64,000 nt of DNA from an uncultured Methanosarcinales archaeon. GTDB taxonomy: Archaea; Nanobdellota; Nanobdellia; Woesearchaeales; CAXGTL01. This document shows, in pieces, positions 34,701-45,200 of the stretch. Location of the stretch: positions 1 through 64,000 of the forward strand of contig CAZHVK010000003.1 in the NCBI GenBank assembly GCA_964535955.1. The letters are read 5' to 3'. A model generated the notes under the pieces. That model was not told where the DNA came from, searched no databases, and saw only the letters and a list, made by a program, of their open reading frames with translations. A program made the position numbers and the translations under genes. The stretch's first letter is position 1, and every line of letters starts with the position of its first letter.

Positions 34701-36183
34701 GTCTTATTCCATCACCACATGTTACTTTTATTGGTTCACATTTACAAGCTTTGATAGGATCATTAGGATATTGTGTATTATGAATAGCAGCTGCATTTAG
34801 TGTAACACATTTTGTTTTAACACAAGCAGCATCATTTCCTTGGATAAGTATATCATCAGCATTGTAAAGAGCATCACATTGTTCAGTTCCTTGTAAATAA
34901 CCATTACCACATTCTAAAGGACAAGTACATGCATCATCACCAGTCATAATACATTTATCAGGACACAGATAATCATCACCATTGTTCTTAACACCATTAG
35001 CACCATATTCTGCATCACATTCTTCACCAAATTCGCGAATACTATTACCACAATTAGATTCAGGAGCACAATCACCAATACCTTTACAATCTTCATCTTC
35101 ACAATCAATAAAAGTGTCACAATCATTGTCAATATCATCATCACAAGTTAGTCCTGCTTCTATATCAGCAATCACTGTTTCATCTTTCATAGACACAATA
35201 TTTTTAATATTATTACAATCAACATCACATTGATCAATGTAACCATCATTATCATCATCAATATCATTATCACAATCTGTTTCTTCTTCACCAGCAATCA
35301 AAACAACAGAAATATTAATATCATTAAATTCAACATTCTCAGGTGTATCTTTAGTAATCTGAGCAATGATCCTTGCCTCTACTTGTTCATAACCAGACTT
35401 CACAGCTCGTAATTCATAAGTCTTCATTGACTTTAAACTACTAAACACAAACTTACCATTATCATCTGTCTTAACATTAATATCATTATCAAGATAAACA
35501 CTTGCATCTTTAATACCAATCTTATGATTTTCATTAGTATCATCATCAACAAGAACATAACCAACCAAAATATAATTATACACAGGTAAGCAATCAATAT
35601 GGCATTGTTCTTGTGAAGAATAAATATATACTTCATCAGGATCATTTTCACAGCAAAAAGGATTTTGATCTGATAATTGTTTATCTTTACAATAACAACC
35701 AGGTGTTAAATATTGTGCAGTATTAGCAAATTCACAAGTTGTGTATAAACAAGATTGTTTAGTTTCACAAATAGTATCACAACTTTGATCACCTATAATT
35801 TCTTTTTCAGTCCAAGTATTACCTTTTGTTTCACACTTAAACCTTGGCAATTCTTCATAAGCAGCAGCAGGATAACTAGTACAACAACAAACTATTTCAC
35901 ATTTACCACCAGAACTACTACAGGCACCTTCTTCATACTCAGCAAATTCAGTTCCAGCTTCTGGATGATTTGTTTCATAATCAGAACATGTAGGGTCATT
36001 ACTATTTCTACAAGCATTACATTGCGCCTGGCTATCCACATCTAAACAACCAGAAACAGTAGCGTCATCTGTGACTAATTCACCATAACAACAACCAGGT
36101 GCAATAATAAAATAAGAATTAAAAACAATAACAACTAGAAAAACCATAGCTAAAACTAGTAATCTTCCTCTTTTTTCTACCAT
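25753..36183 (-). CDS. Giant (~3480 aa) single-pass surface protein / putative adhesin
   Basis: Signal peptide; Cys-rich region; carboxypeptidase-regulatory-like domain (TDDNGKF...KSGY); four CG[ND]....[EQ]CD Myxococcus-type Cys repeats; Ig-like repeats; three TSP3-like DxDxDG..D..D.CP.TP repeats; TM helix WPWIIGFLVLGILCGGGYY; basic tail. Start between 36183 and 36207. Confidence 0.85.
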   Translation of the reverse strand: MVEKRGRLLVLAMVFLVVIVFNSYFIIAPGCCYGELVTDDATVSGCLDVDSQAQCNACRNSNDPTCSDYETNHPEAGTEFAEYEEGACSSSGGKCEIVCCCTSYPAAAYEELPRFKCETKGNTWTEKEIIGDQSCDTICETKQSCLYTTCEFANTAQYLTPGCYCKDKQLSDQNPFCCENDPDEVYIYSSQEQCHIDCLPVYNYILVGYVLVDDDTNENHKIGIKDASVYLDNDINVKTDDNGKFVFSSLKSMKTYELRAVKSGYEQVEARIIAQITKDTPENVEFNDINISVVLIAGEEETDCDNDIDDDNDGYIDQCDVDCNNIKNIVSMKDETVIADIEAGLTCDDDIDNDCDTFIDCEDEDCKGIGDCAPESNCGNSIREFGEECDAEYGANGVKNNGDDYLCPDKCIMTGDDACTCPLECGNGYLQGTEQCDALYNADDILIQGNDAACVKTKCVTLNAAAIHNTQYPNDPIKACKCEPIKVTCGDGIRQSNEECDGNDLGPDCSTDDACYPKDHPNECTCKESFKCGNEVIDPGEECDPGHDLDNNNAQCNELKGTDDRYTGMCYHRNHDFKCRCELTCQRVIYPGEKGVNLLLSVAPKQKPVQLNWEFQDLVPLQGDSEYCEPDSSTIYRCDATLEASDEDSYDDMVDAAKSHCSMDDDDKWNAISPDLTVSNYEDMNVREQHVYCYKINSYFSHTDFDIEGGYRNPDNNNEIEPVCVVVGNKECFEYFDEFCMDNDLGERIYKVKCDSRTNFIDWDTKIDCSALSSTEKYVCLGPDNKNKARCAYQSPCYECADPFGMFYMDDNIVSVYGVDDQDKPIIPPQEKTCESLDTCYFDYSESVVDIYRECSTVKTCYDYRSENACVGDRGDKCVVGGKQGCEWKDSENLEFGIGVCRPKEKILQDCERCNSPFNEFFGRCNANLCSLFGNDKCFYTTESDLESEWKCVNKEDVGCEDYGKNRNFCINSNDKNQNFTINITYVDEVERIAGGHNIIVLEDKDNSLSLSDDILGLGRCKWLELSGKCIKDANGDNLDDCEGLKQDASITYEECKKDFVPPETIFPNVDMLPASSGIKISAIDYFSKQSKIKTKYSVYKETDDHVYPVTIATGLINLKQKESDFYDIAYYSEDEAGNLEQVQIKKHVYLDATKPGILIIYDYVSREKPIGDKTEWESDLKIQISGQDFEGEDKIIKCTTSLNYFDVDENDLGEDGTGVVEKKQVTAVGGDLNDKKVGRHDNPTELSYINLKNRLYIFEYKCYDEAKNFVIGVLNNISIDADKSITNIRPSGETIRLPDNRKKEFLLDTKKDALCKYDNVIHNSDNQRDNFNRMTSSFTPTTTPGKKHTVVHTFDPAGSSVYDMFYVNLYVKCLFAEEDKVYGDEQSDLISFVVDNEPPVTTIKNFEDRWYPLKQGEDIDVNLECKDPIASFNPGTEFGCKEILYCDTGKDCIPDEICGESGDSCTKTYDKFTYLNFRSKDVGGNLEEIRKFEVKITKDEPKVNVTIIDILTGKVAERVTRLGPPSYLLVINSSKELTRTPNGISLFKYRFQGVDYDLGYPVPDKKIGGGYDLKTWKTFLTLSPLQHGNKEGPAEFIIEYKDNEDNDGHLIEIGKSFFIDTKPPIKPVLEPFEDDYHDTYYSTLKRIDTYDYVTNKPALFLTGRTSPDDQLLDVVFYLGHSEEQYNRQQFYQEQDNRLFYVDVDDEAGDNGGNGDDVGNGDDDNNVGADMGAGDEDDKELLKLVTTTPHDVGVQILNVKQIELSLDPDKYTNLRGRIDYGHYNKLYKITGKEDQTTETLDYSIINLNKKLQKDLGKDYEASVYEKEILRNWFYPEINFNRGDNYMKLRSVESFFVKSDFTDTYNILYDSVAPEIVSAYYVADNHKYPLIGSTINIRDAQIFFEVKELKKGSGFDFDNYYLGLNTGVDLDTNLNCENCFRNGPRDDPGKFYKNFDIKYFRFNKNQYLPSNALLNISLYDKAGSNLMQQFIIDYSASYPSAPSSLEVEGANCYDFTCFKKSVPSEIKVNFEHEVEEFNAKYFEHDFSSSSTNQKLYTVGTGVLDDADENDQIILFEPDDKDILDGKGKSDHLKFRYSEQDNLYSKKIGLRLSNFHAFKYYKIYVDDVYLMKRMADKAGVIWFNYDMLGDNIVVEIMPFDEKVYPIKINAKYPGEPLSGEWLYTLVVDSDEPNIIINGDTENGIKVGAGIDILINASVFNENFDVNATIVIGKYEYDIENPNYDSDAEDDDENSQEEVEVVVEKQVHDLLQASNTEYLFKYSVPSNVPHGKKIPYKIVMVDRAGNKKTINSFIEVDNTRPGVTITDVDPNVDSDAESSSGGSRIKRIVNGEQIFYVRNIGNKVKIKGSVEATQELKYLLGTYKKDIPLTDGNFDFVYNLISIDGLEHENVLIFELKKNENEEPVYDQLKIVADKKPPTLIGIEFEDTESEEDAIAEVKTPIPIIEIEYDEPAILIDYEIISKKEDNDFKINKEEFIVEEIDDNKLKFILKPNKPMPNDEYIFKIKAEDDLGNKQDESNEKEFKLNAPDTIIKLVQPKHQVATSANFKLMIETTKLARCRYSKENPLRNGRYNFGDLINQFKPDEDELVNTIHEANIGIIGGGVKNTLHVLCNDSISLVPIHRKFSDLRVDGKSPKITSINLSRKIISYRPSQTEMSVETDEKAVCKYGQEKDYETMVWFTNENDEQVVNYNMQHKHMIMNIPPLEKSYTYYIKCEDLAGLKTETKQVQFEVKKQGLTVEVLKPKKVSSKTKPNFVLETNLRAQCRYKDNKDENALLSLPMSRQDNTIHTERNFNSFEPGHYSYLFYCIAVEPIGILTQAQSEKEIIYNFTIDDTEPFLSKLNVSNEQLCPDDNDKFSITAHVDAYDLESGILGYNYSLYDVKNQRIKDFGIKFTTSRQIIMSGLKLNKTFAPYKISVQPINLAGIITGEKSKKINYSEKLYILDTNTPECQNDKIGPTINVKKAVNPRGVQVFLNCHDENGCDTNTFNFGTGVSKEECSPTTTYDSENGVMVTADTYVCWLVKDQLGNPTQGTQSVAFKDTDEDGVVDDIDLKCPETPRGQKVILEGDSIGCSEDELKTDSDGDGVFDDEDLCEDTPEGEEVETSGNHMGCSEEQAKYLDDDEDGIINMNDACPDTPYGKDVNMSGCYVPEIPRPGPFNFWPWIIGFLVLGILCGGGYYTYKKYPGKFNDLLGSMGLNLGKGKKSPTKKFRIFRPGTKHTKHVKRELPKNYIEKQLALKRRSRLKQKQRQIRSLTKNLFSVFSTKPDIPKDVAAKSLGNVKRAPNVFNKLHNLLHKKSFFAKDERKSLIDDKIKEKSKEVSEKQVKKVEKLSLPVKGDVFKKLEKQVRVKSGEKVFDELSRLSVDKLKPKAKIKDYLVRGISKFNKKGKIRNSDVIDFLRSVPKGKVSSELSESIIDYLHKKGKLKKQNIKEILLELDNQGLVTKDNVSNILSRFNLK

Positions 36184-36250
36184 GTACTTATTCACACTCA
36201 TATGCAACCGTATATATATACGCTTATACTTATTTATTTGTTTTATGTTT

Positions 36251-36369
36251 ATAAAGGTTTTGTAAAAACCTTTATGCTTAAAAATGATTTATCATTTTTA
36301 TTGTATAAATCTTTTGTAAGAAAGATTTATGCTTATCAATCTCTAATTGATATTGTATAAATCTTTTGT
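36251..36369. repeat. Tandem ~52-54 bp repeat built from four consecutive palindromes
   Basis: Inverted repeats at 36251-36275, 36279-36300, 36305-36330 and 36334-36352; exact 19-bp direct repeat TATTGTATAAATCTTTTGT at 36299 and 36351. Confidence 0.8.
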
Positions 36370-36397
36370 TGTGGAAAATAGTTATTTACAAAAACCA

Positions 36398-39250
36398 TCA
36401 ACCACCATAATAACCTTGAGTAGCACCACTACAACTTAAAGTAGGATCTGCTAATTGTGCACATTGACATGCCCTTGCATAAACACTAACATCTAATACA
36501 GCACATTTAGCAGAACAAAAAACACCATAATTTGGATCATCAGCATTGTCAATACATTTTCCAATACTAAAAAAGACTTCATCATAAGTTAATTCATTAC
36601 AGACATTACCTAAACCACATTCACATTCATCAGCATAAGTGCATTCTCCTCTATTTGCACCTTGTGCACTACCATCATCACACTTTGCTTTGCATTTAAA
36701 TGGATGATCAATATCACTCAGTTGGTTATAAGCATACTTACCAGAACCTTGTGCATCTGCATAAGCAAAATTATCATTACAAAAACCATTAACACCAGCT
36801 TTATCTGTATTATCCCAATCTAAAAAAACAGTCTCAAATGTTTCACCAATATCATAAGCCTGACAAGCTGCTTGATGATTGAAACAATTTCCTTTATTCA
36901 AATTCCTGCCAGGACCCATACAAGATTCATCCTCACCTCTTGGTTGTGCAATACCAGCATCATCCTCATTCTTATCACGACAATCTTTTACCAATTCAAA
37001 CTCTTCTATAATCTCACCAGCACAAGCATTACCTCTATTACCTGAACATTGTTGTTTAAATGTTCTTTTATACACATTATTCCAACTATTTTCAGCAGTA
37101 ACAGCAGCAGTTATTTGTATCATATCATCAAGAACATCTTTATCATATTCTTCTAACTTACCAGTACCATCATCAAACAAAGCTCTTGAATGAAAATAAT
37201 CAAGAGGACCATCTTCTAAATCTTGTTTTAAAAAACCAGGATTGCAAGTATTGTATAAAATATCAAGACATGGTTCAGGTTCAGTATTTTCTTTAAACTT
37301 GCCACCTTTCCACCCTTCTAGATGAGCCTTACCAATACCTTTACCAGATTCAACAGGTTCACAACAAGCATGATTAGCTTTAAAATCATCAACAGATTCT
37401 ATTCCAGAAAAACCAAGATCATCAAAACGTACATTGTTATAAGGATAAGGTGCTGATCTCACATTTTCAATTGGCCAGCACTGAAAAACCTCTAAATCTT
37501 TATAATTTGTTTCATAATTAGTAACTTCTGGTAAAAACAAACTAACTTGATCTTGTTTGTAAAGAAATGGTGTTTTAAGGTTAGGATTATCAGGGTCTAT
37601 TTTAAAAGGGTCATTCATATCTTTATTAAGTTTTAATTCTTTTTTTTCTGTTTCAATCTTTGCATAAGGATTATTCTCACCAAACTTACTAAATCTATAG
37701 TTAAGTTTTGTTTTAGAAAATTGTTCTTTTGATTCACAAAAAATACATTGAACAGTAGAATAAAGTGTGTAAGTATCTTCTATTGAAGCATAATAAGGCT
37801 TATAATGATCATCATGATCATGTTCACCTCTTAAACCAAACCTTGGCTTATCTTGAACAAAGACTTTTACATCTTGATAATCATACAACCCTTGCCTATC
37901 TTTAACACCAACCTTTAAAACATGATGACCAACATCATTCATTGTAACAGAATAATTAGCATTAGGATAATCATCTACATAAAGTTTAGATTTTGTCCAT
38001 TCTTTTGGTTGATCATTTTCATTATTATATTTAGTTATGCTAATACTTTCATCAGGACTTTTATCATCATAATTAGGATCATTAAAATCAAAAAATTCTA
38101 ATTGTGTCTCTTGCCAACCTGAATAATTAAATTCAAAAGAAGTTTCTTCATCAGGATCGTAAGCAACAGGCATTACAACCATTTCATCACCTTCTTTTAA
38201 TTTAAAATTATATTCAGTAGAAAGTTCTAAACCTTTTTGTGTGATTAATTCCAAAGCAGGAATTCTATTTTCTCTAGCAATAAAAAATGCATAAGGATTT
38301 CCTTCTAACAATGACTCAGAATCCATCACCTTGATTATATCATCATACTTTTTAGGCGCAGAACATTTAGTACATGGTTGTCTATTCCTACTAACCTTAA
38401 ATCCAGACTTCATACTTCTTAATTTACCAAAATCATTATCTATATCAAATTTAATATCTGTTATTTCATTACTCATCATATCTCTAATAAAATTATACAA
38501 TTGTTTTAATCTAATATTTTTGACAACTTTAAAATCTTCAACACCATTGACAATCCTATCGACAAAAACAAAACTAATATTATAATTAAGATTAAAAATA
38601 ACATTTGCTTTTCCAAATTCAACTTTTAACTCAGGATCACCTCCAGTAGTAATGTTATAATTTTCAAAACTTTCATGAATCAATGTACTTTCTAAACACT
38701 GCCTAGTCCCATTCTCAATATAAATCTCAAGCTGTTCTTCAAATGAATTATAAACAGATTTACTAGTACAATCAGAATTAGCACCCAATGGTTTGCACAA
38801 ACCAGTAAAATTAATCATTCCAAAATAAGGAAAATCCTTTTTATCTAATTTTCCAGTATAAGGATATTCAGGTATTGGTTTAATATAAAATTTAGAACCA
38901 GGCTCTCTTCTTCTAATACCATAATTAACATTAAAACCAGAATAATTAAGATAATAAATATTATTTATATCAACACTTCCTCCTTGAGATCCATAAATAA
39001 ATCCTCCTTGTTTACCTAGTAATTCTAATCCTTTAACAATCTGCGTGTCAAAACAAATATCTATTGAATTTTTTATCAAAGAATTTTGGATAAGGTTTGA
39101 ATATTGTAATTCTCTTTGTTCATCATCTTTTGTTTGTTGTGCATTTGTATAGATTGAAAAAAGTATTGAAAAAATAACAACCAAAACTATTGAAATAAGT
39201 ATAAAAACTGTTAATTGCCCCTTTTTTTTTCTTTTAAACATCTTAAACAT
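36398..39250 (-). CDS. Large class III signal-peptide protein with Cys-rich C-terminus
   Basis: KRKKKG|QLTVFILISIVLVVIFSIL; LGKQGGFIY; start 39250 or 39241, just after the upstream stop at 39258. Confidence 0.8.
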   Translation of the reverse strand: MFKMFKRKKKGQLTVFILISIVLVVIFSILFSIYTNAQQTKDDEQRELQYSNLIQNSLIKNSIDICFDTQIVKGLELLGKQGGFIYGSQGGSVDINNIYYLNYSGFNVNYGIRRREPGSKFYIKPIPEYPYTGKLDKKDFPYFGMINFTGLCKPLGANSDCTSKSVYNSFEEQLEIYIENGTRQCLESTLIHESFENYNITTGGDPELKVEFGKANVIFNLNYNISFVFVDRIVNGVEDFKVVKNIRLKQLYNFIRDMMSNEITDIKFDIDNDFGKLRSMKSGFKVSRNRQPCTKCSAPKKYDDIIKVMDSESLLEGNPYAFFIARENRIPALELITQKGLELSTEYNFKLKEGDEMVVMPVAYDPDEETSFEFNYSGWQETQLEFFDFNDPNYDDKSPDESISITKYNNENDQPKEWTKSKLYVDDYPNANYSVTMNDVGHHVLKVGVKDRQGLYDYQDVKVFVQDKPRFGLRGEHDHDDHYKPYYASIEDTYTLYSTVQCIFCESKEQFSKTKLNYRFSKFGENNPYAKIETEKKELKLNKDMNDPFKIDPDNPNLKTPFLYKQDQVSLFLPEVTNYETNYKDLEVFQCWPIENVRSAPYPYNNVRFDDLGFSGIESVDDFKANHACCEPVESGKGIGKAHLEGWKGGKFKENTEPEPCLDILYNTCNPGFLKQDLEDGPLDYFHSRALFDDGTGKLEEYDKDVLDDMIQITAAVTAENSWNNVYKRTFKQQCSGNRGNACAGEIIEEFELVKDCRDKNEDDAGIAQPRGEDESCMGPGRNLNKGNCFNHQAACQAYDIGETFETVFLDWDNTDKAGVNGFCNDNFAYADAQGSGKYAYNQLSDIDHPFKCKAKCDDGSAQGANRGECTYADECECGLGNVCNELTYDEVFFSIGKCIDNADDPNYGVFCSAKCAVLDVSVYARACQCAQLADPTLSCSGATQGYYGG

Positions 39251-39257
39251 TTCATTC

Positions 39258-42200
39258 TTAAGATAATGATCCAGGATCAAAACTAATTTCAGTTATAAAC
39301 ACATTTTCCATCCAATCATTGACTAATGATTCAGCAGAATCTCCTACAACTTTATTAATAGGATCTTCACATTTAACAAGATAATGATAACCATTGAATA
39401 CATAACCACAATCATTATAACACAGATTAGCATTACCATCTATAATTCTCCTGCATAAAATAGACATAGAAGTGAAAACATTATTCTCTTCTCCACCAAT
39501 ATTAATGCCAAGTTCATCTATATTATCACAATGAATTGTATCAGATAATTTAACAGCTTTTCCAAGATGATAATAAAGTTTACAATTAGCAAACTCATCC
39601 TGGGCAGTACAATCATCAAAAATCATGTCTTGTAAATCTAGATCCGCAACAATAGCTTCGCAAGCTATCTGTGCATCACTTTTATAACCTTCATCATGAA
39701 GCACACCTTCACAATTTTGATCACCCTTCATTACTTTGACAAGTGATCTAAGCTCTTTACAAGATTCTTTTGAATCGGGATTAAGAATATAATCACAAGA
39801 ACTATCATCCAAACCAATTGTACTAAGACAAAGTCTGACTTTGTCTGAAACAACATCTTCTTGCAAACATAATTCTTTTTGCTCCTCAATCAAATCTGCA
39901 AAATCCACTTGTGCTTTATGTTGTAATCCTTGATTAGGATTAGCATTAGCACCTTGATCATCTAAAGCCTGCATTTCTTGTCCTAAATCAAGATAATTTA
40001 TATCTTCATCTTTTTCTTTAGAAACATCTATCCTGCACTTACCAATTCTATTTGTTGTAATAGTTACTTCTTTCTGAGCAGTTGTTAGTAATCCAAAAAT
40101 ATTTCTATCAGCAACATTGATCCTTTTCTTATCATAATTAATTTTTATAAAATCATAGATTTCTGAAGGATAACCACCTGCTTGATCTTCACAATACAAA
40201 TATACAATATTTTCTCCATCTTTTAACAAAATTCTTGCTTGTTTTTGTTTTCCATCACTTGTACCTTGCACAATAGGCATAAGATTCTTTTTATTCTTAG
40301 CATCATCTTCTATTAATCCATACCAGCAGTCTGATTCTTTATTAGTTTTTATTTTTATTGAAATACCACCAAGATTAAGATTAGGATTTCTAAAATAAAC
40401 CTCATTATTAGTTCCTATTGGTAATGGAATTATTTCTGTTTCATCCACAAGTATTTTAGGACCATTTCCAGACAAAGGATTAGGATCAGGCATAGGAACA
40501 AGATTACCAAGATCGTCAACACCAAGATATGCAATGCATGCACCTACAACATCTTCAGCACCATCACAATATCCATCATCATCAGTATCAGCATCATTAG
40601 GATCACACCCTTGTTCAAAAACATCATCATATTTACATGGTAATTTTAATTCTTTGAAACAATTAAATTCATCCTTATTCAACATACCATCTCTATCTTT
40701 ATCACATGCAACATTATCAACATCATCACAACCATCACTAGCATCAGTCGGATCAAACCCATGATAAAGTTCCCAACCATCTGACATGCCATCACCACCA
40801 TTTAAATCAGAATCAGGATTAATTGGGTTTGTTTGATATTTGTGTTGTTCATTATTATAATCATCTTTAGCAAAGATCTCGTCACCAGTTATTTCATCAC
40901 CATCCCATAAACAATCATTATCACTATCAGCACCATTAGGGTTAGGAAGAGTTATAATTGAACTATATTCTAGTAAATAATAATCAGATGTGAAAATACT
41001 TGTTTCTCTTACAAAATCACTACCAGGTTTTATTTCATTCACATCAGGAATACCATCATTATCACTATCTACTTGATTAGAATTAGTACTAGCAGAAATT
41101 TCTCCTAAGAATCTATAATGATCATTCACACCATCACCAGAATCATCAAATTCTTCATAAGCAATGTTATAATCATTAATATTAATCCATTTTTTATAAT
41201 AATCATTTGCATCAACATCTGCAATAGACAATTCAACATTTCTACCATCTAACAATCCATCTTCATCACAATCTGGTTTTGTTTTACAAAAAATTATATC
41301 TTCTTCAAGACCACCATCTAACAATCCATCATTATCATCATCAATATCTTCTACAAGTGGTGTCTTTTTTCTTAATCTATCATATTCATAGATATCATCA
41401 TGTGTCCATCCTTCATGAAGATCGTCAGGAGAACCATCTTTATCAGTATTAATAGAAGCACCAGGATCATTAGGAAATGCATCTTCTGCATCATTGATTC
41501 CATCTTCATCTACATCAATTTCACAAGGCTTGAATTCCTGAGATTTTTTACAAAGACCTAGACCATGAGTATCATGAACACATTCATTATCTTCCAAACA
41601 TGTATTGCCCCAAAATATCTCCTGAACACCATATAAACAACTACCTTTTTCAGGACCATTTGCTACAAAAGGACAATTATCTATCTTACCATTGTAAAGA
41701 TCACAAGGTCCACCAGGTCCATCACCTTCACCTTTATAATCATAATCACAGATACCATCAGCATCATCATCTATATCACAACCATTTGGTATATCATCAC
41801 CATCTGCATCATATTTTTCTTTACTACCTTGATAATCATTTACACAAATAAGTTTTTTATCAACTTTATATTTACCATCATAACCTACAGCAATTAATTT
41901 AATAAGATGGTAACCTTCTGCATTCTTTCCATAAGCATCTCTAATATTAACATCTTCAACCCTTCCATAGATAGTACCATAAACAAACTCAGAATTAGGA
42001 TCAGCATCAATATCCCAATAATATGCTTGAACATTTTCTTCAAACCCATCAGCATTAATTTCAAAAGCTGCTCTTAACAATAATTTATCATCATCATCTC
42101 CACTATAAATATCAAATTGTTGGCCTTCTCCAGGTATATTGATTACAGCTTCATAAGCACCATGAGTTTCAAAATCAAAATCATGTAGTCTTAACTTTGA

Positions 42201-45200
42201 TGTTCCATCATGCCACATAATAAAATTATCAGGTTTAAGTGCAGTAACAATATAAACAGGTTTAGGATTATTTTCAGAAACAGTATCAGTAACATTTACA
42301 ACACAATCAGCATCATATGCAGTGTTTGTATATAATTTAGAACAAACATCTGTATTAAAATTCTCAAATGTAATTGTTAAGATTCCAGTATCATCACTTA
42401 AAACTTCTTTATGACCTAATACATTTCTATCTTTATTTCTAGCTAAATAAACAGAATTATAATCATCAACACTATCTAATAATTCAAACTCACGTGCATC
42501 TTCATCATAACTAAATCTAAAAAATATTTTTTTAACAAGTTTTACTAATGTAGTTATAGGATGTTCAACCCAATTCTTAAATTTAGTAATTGCAGGTAAA
42601 CCAGATTCAACTAGGACACCATATCTTGAATAAATAACAGATCCTGTTTTCCTATTAAACCATAAAGAATCATCAGTAGCACCACTTGTAGAACATTCAA
42701 AATAATTTCCAAGATTTGGTGCACCTTCACAACTACCAATATCTGCACCAGGCATTATTCTTAAGAAATTCTCAAGTGTTGGTTGTAATTCATTATCTTT
42801 TTTATTTAGACTAACACCAATTATGACCTCTCTTTGTTCATCTGTTGGATAAACTAGCACACAAAAATTATTAACACCTTTAACCTGGCTGCCAATTCCA
42901 CCTAAAAATCCTTCAAGAGATGCCAAATCAGGAACAATATAATCATAATAATTCAAAGTATTTGTATAATCATCACAAAACATAGCAAAACTATCTCCAG
43001 TATTATCATTTCTTAAACCTATTTCAAGTAATTTTTCAGCAATCAGTTTGGTTCTAGAGATCCATTCACCATTATTACAATAATTATCATCTGTCCAATA
43101 ACCAGGATCAATACATTCATTATCCCAACATTGATCATTTGACAAACAATAACCATTTCTTTGTTTATCAAAACTTTGTTTAAAATAAGTTCTTTCCCAA
43201 TCAGCCTGCTCAGAAACAGGATCGTAATAACATACAAACTGATCAAAACCAACCATCTCAAAATATTTTAAACCCCATTTATCTTGACCTAATGAAAATG
43301 AATCAGGACTTCTTGCAAAATAAGTTCCATCACCTACACCTGTAAATGATTGATCGTTAATACCATCCACACATTTATATCCATTAAAACAATATTCTTT
43401 AGGGCAACAACCTTTTTCATACAAAGTATCAGTGCCAAATTCCCCAGCATTTATATTTTTTGGAAAATGATATTCAAATAATTCTTTAGGAATAGTTACA
43501 CATTTATCAGATTCATCTTCATCTAAAACATCATTATTAATTAAACCAGCACAATCATTATAACCAGAAACATCAATATCATCAACATCTTCATCTTGTA
43601 AATAAAACTTCTTAGGAATTTGTTTTGTTTCTGTTCTTTGATTAGCAGGTATAACTGCACCAGAATCCCAAATCCTTGACACAAATGCATCATCACTCCA
43701 CTCAGGAGCATTTATTGGAGGATTACTATATGAACAAAAGAAATCACCAGATATAGAACAAAAATCTTTTTTAACAATTTCATCATCACTTAATCCTGAT
43801 AATTGTTTAAAATCATTAAAATCATTATCATCACTACAAATAAAGAATTTCTTTTTATCATCATCAACACTATCAATATCAGTCCCAATATCAGTATCAT
43901 AAGTTATTTGAAAAGGTACATTACTAGCTCTTATCATTGCAAAATCTTCATTAGTTGATGTCTCACCACCAATTAATTCATAACCTAACCCTTTTTTTCT
44001 TACATATAGTTCATAATCATTACTAACTACACCAATATTATAGTTTCCATTTATTTTATTAGTCACAGGATAAAAACATTCTTGATTACCCACAACACCA
44101 CTATCTTCACATACATAACTTTTTTTCAGAGGATTATCTGAATCAATTTCACCAACTTCATACTCAACATTTCCTATTCTTAAACCATGAGTGATAATCT
44201 GACCAAGCCAACAACCACCATCAGTATCAGTGTAAAATTCATTACCACCTAATCCTTGATCATTTCCACAACATTGTGTTCCTGTCCAAGTATAACTAGG
44301 TGTTTCAACACAAGCAAACTGACCTACAGACGAACCATCAACAGTGTTATCCTTTTTATCAGAGTCAAGATCATTTATCCAAATTCTTTCAGTATTACTA
44401 TTATCTTCAAGATATTTATTTGCAATACAATACTTATTATTTCCAGTTTCATCTTTATATTTTAAAGAAATTCTATCAAAAGAGATTATATTATAATATT
44501 CTTCATTATTTATTTTTAAGTATTTATCATGCGCATCAATAACATTTTTTATAGAAGCTAAAAATACTAATGATTCCACATTATTTAAATCAACACCAAA
44601 CCTGTCTTTTATATTTTGTTCGCCTTGTTTAATTGGAATAACAACATGCATCCATTTATTGATTCCAGGACTACTCACAATATAATCTTTTACATCAAAA
44701 TCAATACTTATCAAATCACCCTGATCATTAGGAGAATTAATTCTTAATTTTAAAACATAATTTTTTTGTGTTTTATAAAAAAACTCTAAATAATCATACT
44801 TAGAAAAATCATGTATAACAGCGTCTGAATTAAAATCATCAACACCCACTTTTTTCTCAATAAAAATAGGAAATGCAAATTTTCTATTATTAGTAGTTTC
44901 ATCATTTTCAACACCTTCTGTATCTCCGCCACCATCACCACCTCCATTATTTTCAGTATTTTCATCATCTTCAATATAAACTATACTATAAGGAAAAGTT
45001 TGTTGTACTTCATAATTTTTTAATCTAAACTCAGCAATTTTGTTTTTTGACAAATCTTCTACAACATTATCATCTTCTTGTTTAAAAGCTTTAATAGATA
45101 ATCCAATAGTAGTACCTTCTACACTTCCGCTTCCAACATAACTAAAATCTTCTTGATAATCAAAATCTTTTAATGTTGTTGATAATGAACCAGCAATTCT

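Noticed and set aside
36251..36369. Mini CRISPR array
   Set aside because: Only about 2.3 units; the spacer-like parts are 15-18 nt and themselves palindromic; no cas genes adjacent
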